Below, in pieces: positions 1 to 10,675 of a stretch of 64,000 nt of DNA. This stretch comes from a virus (taxonomy: Duplodnaviria > Heunggongvirae > Uroviricota > Caudoviricetes), in IMG/VR virus record IMGVR_UViG_3300024518_005076. One strand, written 5' to 3'. The notes below the pieces were generated by a model that ran no database searches, had not been told where the DNA came from, and saw only the letters and a list, made by a program, of their open reading frames with translations. Positions within the stretch are counted from its first letter, which is position 1; each line of letters starts with the position of its first letter. Both the position numbers and the translations under genes were made by a program.

Positions 1-1600
1 AGATTGTTGCCGGATCATATGTAGCAGCAGACATGTCACCGCCGCCAGCTTGGGCAACAAGCTCGAACTCATCGTTGGTCGCATTGTAAGAAACAAGCGT
101 GCCTCCCGTGGGAGACGTAAACTCTGCTATAGGCATCGCCACAACGCCCATTTCTTCTGTGCTGAAATATTTCAATACGCCCGCAGAAAAATCAGTTACG
201 GTTGTGTCGACAGCGATTTCCCCATCCGCATTTACGGTAGGAGATACAGAATTCGGAATTTCAAGAGATGTGGCGCTTCCAGCATTAATCGCACCGGCAA
301 CCGTTCCAAGAGTTGTTGTTCCTGCCGAGAGGTCAGCACCTGTCCACGAAGGTGTTGCCCCAGTGTGAATATTCTGGGGAGTTGAGATTACAACGGTCGA
401 TCCAGCGCCATTATCGGTAAGCGTGATCTGATTTGTCGTGCCTGTCAGGACCCGCTCAGCAGACAGAGTTGCGTCAGTCGCCAGTGTTACATACTGGGAG
501 CCAGTCGGAGCGCCAGAACTGGCGCTCCATGTTCCGTCCCCTGCCAGAACATCCGATGCGCTGCCGGACAGCTTGGGCAGGAGGCCGTGCGCGGATGATG
601 TGGCATCCAAGTCCGTGTTGTCATCCGGAGCAGCAAGGTCATCCAGCTTGATTGCGTCAGCTCCGCCAGATTCGTGACGTGACGCATGGGCTGTAATAGT
701 GACTCCGCCTACAGTTCCCTCGATATCTGCAACAAGAGTTGCTACTGCATAGCCAGTTCCAGCAGTGTCAACAGTCGTAGTTGGCTCTGTTTCCAAGTCC
801 TTGAAGAGTCTGTATTTTCCGTCACTCGCATCTCTGAAGAGTCCGGCGTACTTGTCCGTGCCAGCCGTGTCGTAGACTGAGTAAATGCCTGCGTCGACCG
901 TATCAGCAGCCGTGTTGTCCTTGGCCAGTTTAATCAGGGAGTCGTCAACCGCAACGGTCGTGCTCTCAATCGTGGTGGTCGTGCCATTAACCGTCATATC
1001 TCCAGTGACGGTCAGGTTTCCAGCTACTGTCGGGTTGGTTGCCAGGCCCAGAGTAACTGAGCCTCCAGCTCCACCGTCCGTGAGTGCGAGTTCCCCAGCA
1101 GTAACCGCTAGAGCGCGTTCATCGGTCAGACTGCCATCCACAGCGATGACGACATAAGACGATCCAACCGGGGCACCAGAGGGAGTGTTGAATGCGCCGT
1201 TTCCGTCCAGGAAATCCGTGGACGATCCGGAGAGCTTGGGTAGTAGACCATGGGCTGACGTGGTTGCATCAAGATCAGTATTGTCATCCGGGGCAGAGAG
1301 GTCATCCAGCTTGATTGCGTCACTTCCACCAGAGACGTGCGTGCTTCCGTGAATACCGACAGGCAGATCATCAATCAGAACTCCGCGAGCGTCGCTGTTC
1401 GAAGAACTGTAGACAGCCACTTTATCTACAGATCCGCTGATCGAAGACTCTGTCGTCAGGACGTTAATCCCTCCAAACAGCTTCTCGATCGTGACCTTTT
1501 TAGATGTCGGAGTTCCTGTAATGTCATCGACGATGTAGAGAGTATCGTCGATTGCGACGATAGAGAGGGTCGTCAATGCAGTTGTTTTGCTATCAGCCAT
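1..1600 (-). CDS. Tail fibre-like protein, 5' partial (runs off window start); start ATG at 1600..1598. Contains two copies of an ~35-aa motif (H-x-SGG-DAIKLDDL-APDDNTDLDAT-SAHGLLPKLSG).
   Basis: Manual reverse translation gives an uninterrupted S/T/G/A/D-rich ORF; spot checks at 1150-1200 and 1560-1600 held frame. RBS AAGGA 8 nt upstream. Only short antisense ORFs on the + strand. Last gene of the tail module. Confidence 0.55.
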   Translation of the reverse strand, partial: MADSKTTALTTLSIVAIDDTLYIVDDITGTPTSKKVTIEKLFGGINVLTTESSISGSVDKVAVYSSSNSDARGVLIDDLPVGIHGSTHVSGGSDAIKLDDLSAPDDNTDLDATTSAHGLLPKLSGSSTDFLDGNGAFNTPSGAPVGSSYVVIAVDGSLTDERALAVTAGELALTDGGAGGSVTLGLATNPTVAGNLTVTGDMTVNGTTTTIESTTVAVDDSLIKLAKDNTAADTVDAGIYSVYDTAGTDKYAGLFRDASDGKYRLFKDLETEPTTTVDTAGTGYAVATLVADIEGTVGGVTITAHASRHESGGADAIKLDDLAAPDDNTDLDATSSAHGLLPKLSGSASDVLAGDGTWSASSGAPTGSQYVTLATDATLSAERVLTGTTNQITLTDNGAGSTVVISTPQNIHTGATPSWTGADLSAGTTTLGTVAGAINAGSATSLEIPNSVSPTVNADGEIAVDTTVTDFSAGVLKYFSTEEMGVVAMPIAEFTSPTGGTLVSYNATNDEFELVAQAGGGDMSAATYDPATI

Positions 1601-1618
1601 CGGGCAATCCTTTGCCGA

Positions 1619-2215
1619 TTATTCAGTTGGTACTTTGACAAACGCTGTGATAGACAGGTCGATATCAGCTCGGCCAACTTTTGAGCTATCGAACCAGGCG
1701 ACAGAGGCCCCGCCCCCGCCAGTGACTCCAGCAGCTCCCTGATTTGGATGCTCAAACGTATATGAGTTCACTCCAGGAACAGTTGCGACCGTCCTGGTTC
1801 CATTCAGGTTCAGACCATCAACCTCAGTCGCATCCACAAATGTGACATGATCACCGACAGCAAACGGATGGGATGTATGATTCACGGTGACTGTGTTGTC
1901 TGAGACGACCGTGTCGAACGGGCCGCTCAGGGTGCCGTTCGCGTCTGAGTCGTATCCCCATTCCAGATGAAGCGTGTGAGAGCCAACTGTTTCGGTATCC
2001 ATGGGAGACAAGTCAAGAGTCACTGCCCCAGCCGTAAATGTGCCCTCGTTGGCTCCGTTGATGTCCTGGGCCACGCGACTGTTCACGATCGTGCAGGGAT
2101 CATTCAGGTACAGAGTCGCCAAGAGGAAGTCGATGGATGCCAGGGCGTTACCGTCCAGATCCTCGATGGTGGTCTGCACCTGGGCAGAAGTCATCTCGTT
2201 GATGTCAAAAGCCAT
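1619..2215 (-). CDS. Tail fibre/baseplate-associated protein (198 aa)
   Basis: Complete ORF, Gly/Thr/Asp-rich, directly upstream of the tail fibre gene in the same orientation. Confidence 0.6.
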   Translation of the reverse strand: MAFDINEMTSAQVQTTIEDLDGNALASIDFLLATLYLNDPCTIVNSRVAQDINGANEGTFTAGAVTLDLSPMDTETVGSHTLHLEWGYDSDANGTLSGPFDTVVSDNTVTVNHTSHPFAVGDHVTFVDATEVDGLNLNGTRTVATVPGVNSYTFEHPNQGAAGVTGGGGASVAWFDSSKVGRADIDLSITAFVKVPTE

Positions 2216-2217
2216 CC

Positions 2218-2403
2218 TTAGCTCCCATTCTTAACCACGGTGGTCCCAGAGTTAGTGATCACCTTCACGGTTGTTCCGGACAGCCTGGTCGCAATCGTAT
2301 TTGCCTCGACAGCCGTGGCTGGCTCCAAGAGGATGTTGCACGTAGCAGTAGTTTCCAGAAGGAGATCGTCTCCAGTTTCCAGCAGTAGGATGTCAAGGGC
2401 CAT
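2218..2403 (-). CDS. Small hypothetical protein (61 aa)
   Basis: ORF tightly packed (2-nt gap) with neighbours in the tail module. Confidence 0.4.
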   Translation of the reverse strand: MALDILLLETGDDLLLETTATCNILLEPATAVEANTIATRLSGTTVKVITNSGTTVVKNGS

Positions 2404-2744
2404 AAAATCACCTCTTATTTGCAGTAATTGCTGTGTATTTTGATGCCCGCCAGCTTTTTACGCCATCCCAATCGCTCACGGCGACCTGCCTGATCCGCCT
2501 CAAGTATGCTGCCTGCGCCAGTCTTGGCGCTCTTCACGAGTCATGCTGGCCATTTGGCGAGAAACCAGCTTCGTGTCTATTTTCTCGCATTCGTATTTTG
2601 GGGCGGGCCTGAACTCACCACGAACATAAGAACGATACCGGGCAGACAGTCGGTCATTCCCTTTGCAGATCTCGAATCTTCGTCCGCTGCAGCCATATCG
2701 GCAGTCTGACTCTAATTGGCATGAGCAGTCGTCTTGGATATTCA

Positions 2745-4526
2745 TTACGGAGTAACCGTTATATCGACATCCATACCGAAGTACTGTACTTCCAGCGATC
2801 CATATATCGGGAAATTGAAACCAGAAGTCCTCAGATTACGAACATTGGCGTCAGATTCCGGTCCAGAGCATGTGGTTGCGGGAACTTCCCAGTTTATATC
2901 TACGCCCTGCCTGATCCGAGACTCGGATGCTCCGGCATATGCAAATGAAATAGGACTGAGTGATTCTGGACCAATTGCGGTTGTTGGATTTCTACATCCA
3001 GTAAATAATCCCGCTGAAGGAACAGGAATATCGCACGAACTGAGATACCTGAACAACATTTCGCATGTCACCTCAGGGCCAGTTACACTCATTTCAAGAC
3101 TTACACATGGATCATAAGTGATTCCGACTGTTGTAATTCCTGCGCTAAGTCCATGCTGTAATAAGACTATGGCTCTTGGATCGATCCCTACGCTTGTTGT
3201 GAACAATGTGAAAAATTGTCCGCCTATTCCACCAGTAAACTCGAAATCAATAGACCCGAGATCGAGCGAATCCGCACCGGTCGCTGTGACGGTGGATCCA
3301 ACAAGCCCTTCAAGCAAAGCAACTAATTCACCGATTGTATCAGTTTGATTGACTGTAACTGGACCAAGCTGGCCCCCTCCAAACGGAGTGAATCCAAAGC
3401 TGATAGGAACACTTGGATCTATAAAGTCTCCATCCAGCCTGAATGTCTCATTGAGTGCGTTGGGGCTCAAATCTACGTCCAGGCTTCCTGTGTAAAGTAA
3501 GCCACCACTTACCCTGGTGATGGGTATTGTTATTCCGTTCAGCTCTGCCGGGGAATTTGTTCCTGATATGGTTACGTCAAGGTTTAATTCGTTCCGAAAG
3601 GCGCACAGACACCTCTCTGTATACCCTACGTTATGACAAATGCCAGACACGGCCATTGTTTCACGATACGTACCTGTAGATATGGGCGTGTCCCCTTTAT
3701 CCCAAGTTCTTCCGAGACCGCTTCCTGTCAGGTCCCACCATGTAGAATATCCAAATACATAGCCGACTTTTGTGATCGTGGGCGGATCTGGCTCGGGATA
3801 GCAATGAAGGTCCAGTCCTGTGTCCCCAAGCGATCCGTCTCCGTTCAGAATTAAAGGTGCGGCCTGTGTTGTCAGATGCCAGCACCTGTTGAATTGCTTG
3901 AATACAGAGACGCCCCAGAATCGATCTCCATCCTGATCCCAGACTGTTCCCCAAAATGGCACTGCCCTTGTTAGATCAGGATCATGATCCGTATCAACGG
4001 GGTTTGGTGTGAATCCACCAGCGCCTGTTATGAGGCGGTAATACTGAGTAGGGGACAAGCCTGGCTCAAGTCCATGTCTTACGTTTGCAAGCGCACTTAG
4101 GCCTTCCAATCTGTGAGCTTCATATTCGCTGGATGGGTCTATCTGGATATCGACCTTTGGGAAGAAGTAAACACCACAACTGAATTGTGTTCCGGATGTG
4201 AATGTCATATCTACGAGAGCACAATCAGTAGTTCCAACAAAATCAACCCTCTCAGTAAAGTCAGTTACAGAGAACGAATCAACCGTAGCTCCGAACCCGA
4301 AAGACTCATAATCAAACAGCGTACTCGCTGGCGTTCCATTCCATGTTGTGAGTGGAACAGTCCATTGGTGATTCAGGGCAGGGGGCGACAAGACCTCCAC
4401 TATATCTTCAATGCAATTACCTGGAGGCCCCTTAAAGCCACAGCAACACTCGCAGTTTGCTCCTTTGTTTCTTTGGGGCATGATTATTCCTCTGCATCGG
4501 GTATAGTCAATGCGGTCGTACTGCAA
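2745..4526 (-). CDS. Tail/baseplate structural protein (593 aa)
   Basis: Long ORF downstream of tape measure and distal tail genes; Gly/Thr/Asp-rich. Confidence 0.65.
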   Translation of the reverse strand: MQYDRIDYTRCRGIIMPQRNKGANCECCCGFKGPPGNCIEDIVEVLSPPALNHQWTVPLTTWNGTPASTLFDYESFGFGATVDSFSVTDFTERVDFVGTTDCALVDMTFTSGTQFSCGVYFFPKVDIQIDPSSEYEAHRLEGLSALANVRHGLEPGLSPTQYYRLITGAGGFTPNPVDTDHDPDLTRAVPFWGTVWDQDGDRFWGVSVFKQFNRCWHLTTQAAPLILNGDGSLGDTGLDLHCYPEPDPPTITKVGYVFGYSTWWDLTGSGLGRTWDKGDTPISTGTYRETMAVSGICHNVGYTERCLCAFRNELNLDVTISGTNSPAELNGITIPITRVSGGLLYTGSLDVDLSPNALNETFRLDGDFIDPSVPISFGFTPFGGGQLGPVTVNQTDTIGELVALLEGLVGSTVTATGADSLDLGSIDFEFTGGIGGQFFTLFTTSVGIDPRAIVLLQHGLSAGITTVGITYDPCVSLEMSVTGPEVTCEMLFRYLSSCDIPVPSAGLFTGCRNPTTAIGPESLSPISFAYAGASESRIRQGVDINWEVPATTCSGPESDANVRNLRTSGFNFPIYGSLEVQYFGMDVDITVTP

Positions 4527-5491
4527 GCCGGGAATGGCTCGTATTTACCAGAGTTACTGTCAAGGAAGCAAATGCAGTAGACCTTGTCTGCTATGGTCAG
4601 GGTTTCGTCGTAATTAATCAGGTCAACATCGGAAACATAAGCCCAGTCCCCATCTCCGTTGTTTGCGTACTTGGCGAGTGTTCCAGATGCTGGCTGGAGT
4701 ATCCCATCAACATCGATTGAAGCTACGCCAAGACCTCCTCGTGTGTATCCTCGTATTACGGCAGCTGCAGAACCCAGGACTATGTACTCTCCATCAACCC
4801 ACAGAATGTTGACCAGATCGCCCTCCGAAAATGAGGCGTTGCTCCTGTTGACAACCATCCTGTAATCAGTGAGCACCTTGGTTTCCGTCACGTACATGTG
4901 CTCGAACGGAGTCCACAGCCATATGAATCCCTTGATGAGTTCCTCTGTGGTCATTGGATCAATGATTGATGGGATATCCTCGTAAAGCTCTATCTCTGTT
5001 TCGTCATCAGCGACTATATTCTCAGAACTGCTGACCGAATACGTTCCATCTCTCGTGTCGGTCATGTCTTCAGTGTCTCTTAGCCAGACTTCATGCCTGT
5101 CAGTAAATTGTGCTGCATGCTGTCCTGCGATCTTGATCTTCTTCGTCACTATGTCGACGGAAGTGATTTCAAACCTGCGCTCTGCGGCCTGGTCGTCAGG
5201 GCGACCGGCTTCGTAGTCAAACTCCTGAACCTCGACTGCTGCCGTTGTGTATCCGTATGTGGTTCCTATCCCGGCATCCAGATTACCCAACAGCTGAGCA
5301 GTGAGTATCTTCTCAGGGCCTTCTGTTCTGGGTGGGATCAGATTCACAGTTCCCGTGGTCCGGCCCACCTGTCCACCAGTAAGCTGGTTGAATCTGCGCA
5401 GGCTGTCACTAATCTGGCCCTGATAGTCTGCACTCAGAACCTTGTAGATTGAGTCGCCAGAGTTAATTTTAGGCAGCTGACTCTTGGCCAT
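4484..5491 (-). CDS. Tail structural protein (335 aa)
   Basis: ORF between distal tail protein and baseplate gene, same strand. Confidence 0.6.
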   Translation of the reverse strand: MAKSQLPKINSGDSIYKVLSADYQGQISDSLRRFNQLTGGQVGRTTGTVNLIPPRTEGPEKILTAQLLGNLDAGIGTTYGYTTAAVEVQEFDYEAGRPDDQAAERRFEITSVDIVTKKIKIAGQHAAQFTDRHEVWLRDTEDMTDTRDGTYSVSSSENIVADDETEIELYEDIPSIIDPMTTEELIKGFIWLWTPFEHMYVTETKVLTDYRMVVNRSNASFSEGDLVNILWVDGEYIVLGSAAAVIRGYTRGGLGVASIDVDGILQPASGTLAKYANNGDGDWAYVSDVDLINYDETLTIADKVYCICFLDSNSGKYEPFPACSTTALTIPDAEE

Positions 5492-6537
5492 TAGGTCACC
5501 TGAGTGAAGAGGTCAAGCAGTTCGTGTCTCTTGAAAATCGCAAATTCCTTCACATAGAATTTAGAAGTGGTCGGCGTGAGTCCTACACCAGAATCTAAAT
5601 GAAGCCTGTAGAATCCCGGGTAAGTATAAATCGCCCCTGCCGTGCTTCCATACTTTTGCCTGAAGAAGTGATTCCACCCTCCGATAATATTAGTTCCGAA
5701 TGGCAGCCCAGAATCATCAAGACCAGGAGCTGTGATGCTGCCTGGTGTATACCGTATTGAACTCTCTATGTATCTTCCAACACCATCGAAGTACTGAACG
5801 CCATTCGAGGCGTATCCAGTATCGACTCTTCTTTCGCTGAATTTGTAAACAACCTGCCATGCGCGGGTTCCATCAGTGAGAATATCACGACTAAGCTCTG
5901 CCCCTAAAAACAGAAGAGTTTCTGGCCATATGTTTGTCCCAGTATCAAAGTCCATAGTTGATACGTTGACTTTACCGAGAGCAGATCTGATCGCCTCGAA
6001 CGGGGGAGTCTTCACCCTGTGCCAGGTAATGGAGTGCTCAATCGTGGGAACTATGAAGTTTGCATTGGAAGCTGCAGCATGAGCCCTGGCGGCATCACCA
6101 CCAGACCATTTCATATCCGCGTTTTCCACGGTGATGATTTCGCCGCCAGCACTCCAGCTATGGCTCAGGAACGGGACGGGGTCGTTGGACTGCTCAGAAC
6201 TATCTGTGTAATCATTCTGATTTGATGAATACGTAATCGTGAAGATGTTGTGGTCATATACCGGGATCTGAACCCCGGCAGTAAAACCGATATTCCTTCC
6301 GATCTGCTTAGGCTCTCCTCCATGAGCCCGCATCTTGACAGACGATGCCCTGTACGTTCCAAAGAATGGGTCGACTTCAGGAAGCCCAATCACAGAAGAC
6401 GTGCTTATGGGAAATATCTCTCTCAGTCTGGGAATTGTATCTGCCCACGCAATCCTCTCCACGACCTCAAATGATCCACTTGTGGGCGTAATTTCCCCCG
6501 TAATTCCAGGCGAGAAGATATTCCGTGATACTGCCAT
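5491..6537 (-). CDS. Distal tail protein-like (348 aa)
   Basis: ORF immediately downstream of tape measure (stop/start overlap), the canonical position for Dit. Confidence 0.6.
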   Translation of the reverse strand: MAVSRNIFSPGITGEITPTSGSFEVVERIAWADTIPRLREIFPISTSSVIGLPEVDPFFGTYRASSVKMRAHGGEPKQIGRNIGFTAGVQIPVYDHNIFTITYSSNQNDYTDSSEQSNDPVPFLSHSWSAGGEIITVENADMKWSGGDAARAHAAASNANFIVPTIEHSITWHRVKTPPFEAIRSALGKVNVSTMDFDTGTNIWPETLLFLGAELSRDILTDGTRAWQVVYKFSERRVDTGYASNGVQYFDGVGRYIESSIRYTPGSITAPGLDDSGLPFGTNIIGGWNHFFRQKYGSTAGAIYTYPGFYRLHLDSGVGLTPTTSKFYVKEFAIFKRHELLDLFTQVT

Positions 6538-9500
6538 TATATAATTTTCCCCATATTGCCAAAGTTGGCATTCAGCTGTCCCATTCCAGTGTTAATCAGA
6601 TTAAGAATCCTGTTGCCCTCCACGGCAGCGTCAAGTTGCTTATCGCCCTTCAGTGAGGTCTGAATCTGACTGTGCAAACTTCCGACATCAGTCAATCCGA
6701 CAGGAGCGTCCGTAAGTGACGCCTCTTTGACTCCCGCGATCGCCGCCTCTTCTGCGATCTTCTTCTCAGCATTAGCCACAGACTCGTCATTTCCTGGATC
6801 GACATCAGCTTGGATTTGCGCAATCTTGGCTTCAAGGTCACGTCTAATCTTGGCCCTCTGCTCGTCAATGTCGACTTCTCCGTCAGCAGCATCAAGGCGA
6901 CTCTGGAAATCCGCATTCTCTCCAATCTTTCTCGCCTGATCCTGACGGCCAGCCTTCAACATATCATCGAACAATTGTGAATCAGCCTCTTCTGTCGCTT
7001 TCTGTTTCTCTGCTGGGGTTAGCCTTCCGGCTGCGTCCTCTTCCTCGATTCTTTTTCGTCTGGCAATATCCGCTTCCTGTATCTGGTCCTGCTCTCGGTC
7101 CAGTCTTGTGCTGTCTGATTTCAGAGAGTCGATCTCGCTGCCGAACTTCAGTCTTGCCGACTCGTCATTTAGGTATGCGATTCTCTTCTGAGCTGCAAGG
7201 AAGTTATTCAGGGCAGCCGTGGCGGCAGCTAACTCAGCAGGCGTCTTGCTAAGAGTGTTCGCCCACTCTTCCAATTGAGCATCAGCACTGAAAGCCTGTG
7301 ATTTTATATTATATAGGGACTTGGAAAGAGCATCGAGACCTGGCCTGTCAGCTTCCAGCTTGAATGTCTCTGCTAATGCGCTATTAACTCCAATATTCTC
7401 CCTTCGCCTAATATCCTTAGCTGACCCCGGGAGCCTGCCTGCGGCTTCAGCACTCTCGCTGCTGATGCGGTTACGGAAATCCGCCATAGTCTCACCAGAC
7501 TGTCTTTTGAACCTGGATGATTTAATGCTCTCCTCTTTGGCCAATTCTTCCTGTCTTGTAAACTCGTCTTTGAATGCCTTCTTGCGACGTATATCGTCTG
7601 GGGTCGTGCCTTTAATGCTCTCGTCAACACCCTGCCTTCTCTTATCGAAATCAGATTCAATCTTGTCGAGCTTTTGGGTATTTACATCATTTATTCCACC
7701 TCCAACACCAGAAAGAAACTTGTCGATCGAATCATCGTACAGCTTGATCATGCCCTGTAGTTGATTTCTGTTTTCAGTCAGTGACGCTATTTGTGTTTCG
7801 CTGAGCCCACCTTTATCCAGTGTGTCGTCAATACTCTTTAGTTGTGTTCTGGCACCAAAGGACGCATGTGCCATCGACTCGGCATCCTTAAGGTTGGATA
7901 CCGATGATCCAAACGCTATCTGGCTTGTCTTGCCAGACATAAAATCATTCATTCTCTGGGTAAGCTGAACAATGGAGTCCGCGAACGCTTTTGACGCCGC
8001 TTCCGCTTCCGCTGTAACTCTGGAAATTTCCTCCAAAGTCTCTTTGAATTTTACTAATTCTGGACTGTCCCCGTCGATCTCTTTCAGGCTGTCCAGCAAG
8101 CGAGCAATCTCTGCTTTTCCAGCAAGCGAGCTTTTGTCTATATTAGCTATATCTGTAAGAGATTGCTTATTCTCTGGATTCATTGTAGAACCCAGTCTTT
8201 CAGCCGTCTTCATCGCCTTTGCCTTACCGCTTACAAGTAATTCATTTAAGACGTGCATCTTAAACGTGTCAAGGCCTTCGTTTGCCCTGTCCGCCAACCC
8301 CGGAATATTATCAAAGTCACTTATTTGATCTTGCGCAGTATCTGCGATTACAGCAGTAAAGTGCATTATCTTGGAGAACGTCTCGTTAAGGCCAGCGGCC
8401 CAACCACTACTGGATACATCCAAAATAATAGAATCGAGTTGTCCCTCTGCCTTGCTCTTCAGGCCCTCTTTGTCGAAAGCCTTTTGGGTTACTTTCTCTG
8501 CCTGAGATACGGAAAATTCTTCAGACAGGCCCCGTGATGAGAGAATATCGAGACTGTCAGACCTTCCCTGCTCTCTTAACTTGACCAGTGTTTCAAGCTT
8601 GCGTATCAGAATCTCCAAGTCCTTGGATGTGTCTTTCGCCGACTTACCCATAAGGGTTATTGCCTCTGCGATCCCGATCATTAGAAGCGTCACACCGCCA
8701 CTTAAGAGAGCCCCCTTGACCGTGCCCATCGTTGCGAACAACTGAGCTACGTTATTTGCAGATGCGCGGAGAGCACCGCTCAGGCCAGTTTGTCCGATAA
8801 CTTGGACAAAGTCCTGTACGGCATACGACCCCTGCTGCATCATGAACGTGACTTTGCGCTGCCCTTGAGACGCAGCGTGCGCAGCTTCGTTAAAGCCTCC
8901 AGTCGCAGCACTTAGTCTCTGCATGTTGTTATCGTTATCCTGCAACTCCTTTTGAAGTTCTTTGAATTCCTTAGTGTTACCCCTTCCAGTAGTCTTTAGG
9001 TTGTTCATTCGCGTTGTAAGTTTTTTAGATGCCAGATCAAGCCTTTGCATGTTTTGAAGCATTGGAAGCTGTGATTTTCTAAACTCAATCTGTGCATCGA
9101 TATTGTCCTGAATGGCTGCGTTTCCGGAGCCTCTCTCCTTTTTAAGCCTCTCCAGAACACTAATCTCATCTTCCAGATCATTGACCCGGGTAGATCCTCC
9201 GCCCTCCACAGCGTCTAGCTCTGACTGAAATGAGTCTGAAAGTGCGGCCTTTCTTCTCTCGCGGCTCTCATCTCGGTCAACCCTGCTCAAATCCTGTTTC
9301 AGTTTTTGTTGTTGTTTTGGGTCAAGCTTTCTACCCTGGTTGTCGGCTATCTCTGCTGAACTCTCTAGTAATTTTTGCCTCTGCTTATCAAATGGCCCAG
9401 TAAGAGCATCTTCAAGCTGCTGTTCCAGAACGGCATAGGTCTGCTGTCCCAGAATGGCGAACTGAGAAAAGAACTCGTCAGGTGACAGGCCTGCGCCGCT

Positions 9501-10673
9501 GATTTTATCTGCGCCCTCTGACAACATCCCCCCGACATTCTCGCGGGATAGTTGACGACCGATACGGCCACTGGTTCGCTCTTGATCTCGCCCTCTCCTG
9601 GCCTCTTGTCTGGCCACGCCAACTTCGAACTGTGCATCTCCAATTCTTCCGCTCGCAAGCCCCTCCTGGAGGCCAGCTTCGACCCTGTCATAATATTCGT
9701 TTGCAGCCTGCTTGGTTTGTGCGGCAATATGCTCAGCCGCATCGCGAGCAGCCTGAGCCAATTCCGGACGGGCATCGTCAGGATCGGCCCCTATACCTCC
9801 AACCTGGCTGACTATCTGCTTGCGCTGCAGTTTGGCAAAGTCCTGTCCGGATACTCCCAACATGTCACGGTTAGCCTGACGCTCCTGCCGCACTCCCGAC
9901 TCACCCTGGAATCTTTGTGCAAGCCGGACTGCTCCGAAGTTGCCAGCGGCGTCTGTCATCTGCCTCTCTGCTGTTGAGGCAACCCGAGTGATCGCTTCCG
10001 AGTCTCCTTCAGATACTTGAGTCTGTGCCCTTATTGCCGTTAGGTATCTCTCATGTTCGGATCCTGCATCAATATCGCCAGAGGCACGTCCCGACTTCAA
10101 CATCTGATCCATGAAGGCGACTGGATTGCGATGAATGTCCTTTTTGCCTTCTGTGGTGAACCGACCTCTTGTTTCCTCAAAGGACTCCCTCTGGTTGAGT
10201 AGGGATTCCCGCATCGGAAGTGTTCCGCCAGCACCAAGGAAGGCAGAGGACTTCTGAGCAGCATCTCTAACTTGCTTCTTGAGGCCTAGCTGTCGATCGA
10301 GTGCTCGTTCGATCGCCTTCTCGTCCTGAAGTCGACGAGCTGTGATTGCGTTGCCTTTGTCTTCCTGAGACTGATACCTCTTCAGTGATTCGAGAGCCTG
10401 TTTGTCTCGGATGGCCCCTTTCATCTGAGGGCTCAACTTGAACTCTGTTTGCCCTCCCCTGATTGCACTCTGGAGCCTTTTAATTTCGGCTCCGCCGTTC
10501 TTCATGCCTTTGATCCACTGCTCCAGTCCTTTCACTTGACCAGCAGTGATCATGTCCGGCATTTTGAACTTGTTCAGTTCATTGGCAGCTTCTCGCACGC
10601 CCTTCAGAAGCTCAGGTAGACCCTCAGCCGAGAAGTCTACATGAGCACTGCCGATTGATGTGCCTCTGGCCAT
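6537..10673 (-). CDS. Tail tape measure protein (1378 aa)
   Basis: Very long ORF, highly charged Ala/Gln/Glu/Lys-rich coiled-coil composition, central hydrophobic segment, sits between chaperone-like genes and distal tail genes. Confidence 0.85.
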   Translation of the reverse strand: MARGTSIGSAHVDFSAEGLPELLKGVREAANELNKFKMPDMITAGQVKGLEQWIKGMKNGGAEIKRLQSAIRGGQTEFKLSPQMKGAIRDKQALESLKRYQSQEDKGNAITARRLQDEKAIERALDRQLGLKKQVRDAAQKSSAFLGAGGTLPMRESLLNQRESFEETRGRFTTEGKKDIHRNPVAFMDQMLKSGRASGDIDAGSEHERYLTAIRAQTQVSEGDSEAITRVASTAERQMTDAAGNFGAVRLAQRFQGESGVRQERQANRDMLGVSGQDFAKLQRKQIVSQVGGIGADPDDARPELAQAARDAAEHIAAQTKQAANEYYDRVEAGLQEGLASGRIGDAQFEVGVARQEARRGRDQERTSGRIGRQLSRENVGGMLSEGADKISGAGLSPDEFFSQFAILGQQTYAVLEQQLEDALTGPFDKQRQKLLESSAEIADNQGRKLDPKQQQKLKQDLSRVDRDESRERRKAALSDSFQSELDAVEGGGSTRVNDLEDEISVLERLKKERGSGNAAIQDNIDAQIEFRKSQLPMLQNMQRLDLASKKLTTRMNNLKTTGRGNTKEFKELQKELQDNDNNMQRLSAATGGFNEAAHAASQGQRKVTFMMQQGSYAVQDFVQVIGQTGLSGALRASANNVAQLFATMGTVKGALLSGGVTLLMIGIAEAITLMGKSAKDTSKDLEILIRKLETLVKLREQGRSDSLDILSSRGLSEEFSVSQAEKVTQKAFDKEGLKSKAEGQLDSIILDVSSSGWAAGLNETFSKIMHFTAVIADTAQDQISDFDNIPGLADRANEGLDTFKMHVLNELLVSGKAKAMKTAERLGSTMNPENKQSLTDIANIDKSSLAGKAEIARLLDSLKEIDGDSPELVKFKETLEEISRVTAEAEAASKAFADSIVQLTQRMNDFMSGKTSQIAFGSSVSNLKDAESMAHASFGARTQLKSIDDTLDKGGLSETQIASLTENRNQLQGMIKLYDDSIDKFLSGVGGGINDVNTQKLDKIESDFDKRRQGVDESIKGTTPDDIRRKKAFKDEFTRQEELAKEESIKSSRFKRQSGETMADFRNRISSESAEAAGRLPGSAKDIRRRENIGVNSALAETFKLEADRPGLDALSKSLYNIKSQAFSADAQLEEWANTLSKTPAELAAATAALNNFLAAQKRIAYLNDESARLKFGSEIDSLKSDSTRLDREQDQIQEADIARRKRIEEEDAAGRLTPAEKQKATEEADSQLFDDMLKAGRQDQARKIGENADFQSRLDAADGEVDIDEQRAKIRRDLEAKIAQIQADVDPGNDESVANAEKKIAEEAAIAGVKEASLTDAPVGLTDVGSLHSQIQTSLKGDKQLDAAVEGNRILNLINTGMGQLNANFGNMGKII

Positions 10674-10675
10674 TA

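Noticed and set aside
50-1157. Several 60-115-aa plus-strand ORFs (50..385, 99..368, 438..677, 885..1157)
   Set aside because: They lie antisense to a continuous minus-strand tail fibre ORF (1..1600) that carries an RBS and has tail-fibre composition; likely shadow ORFs.
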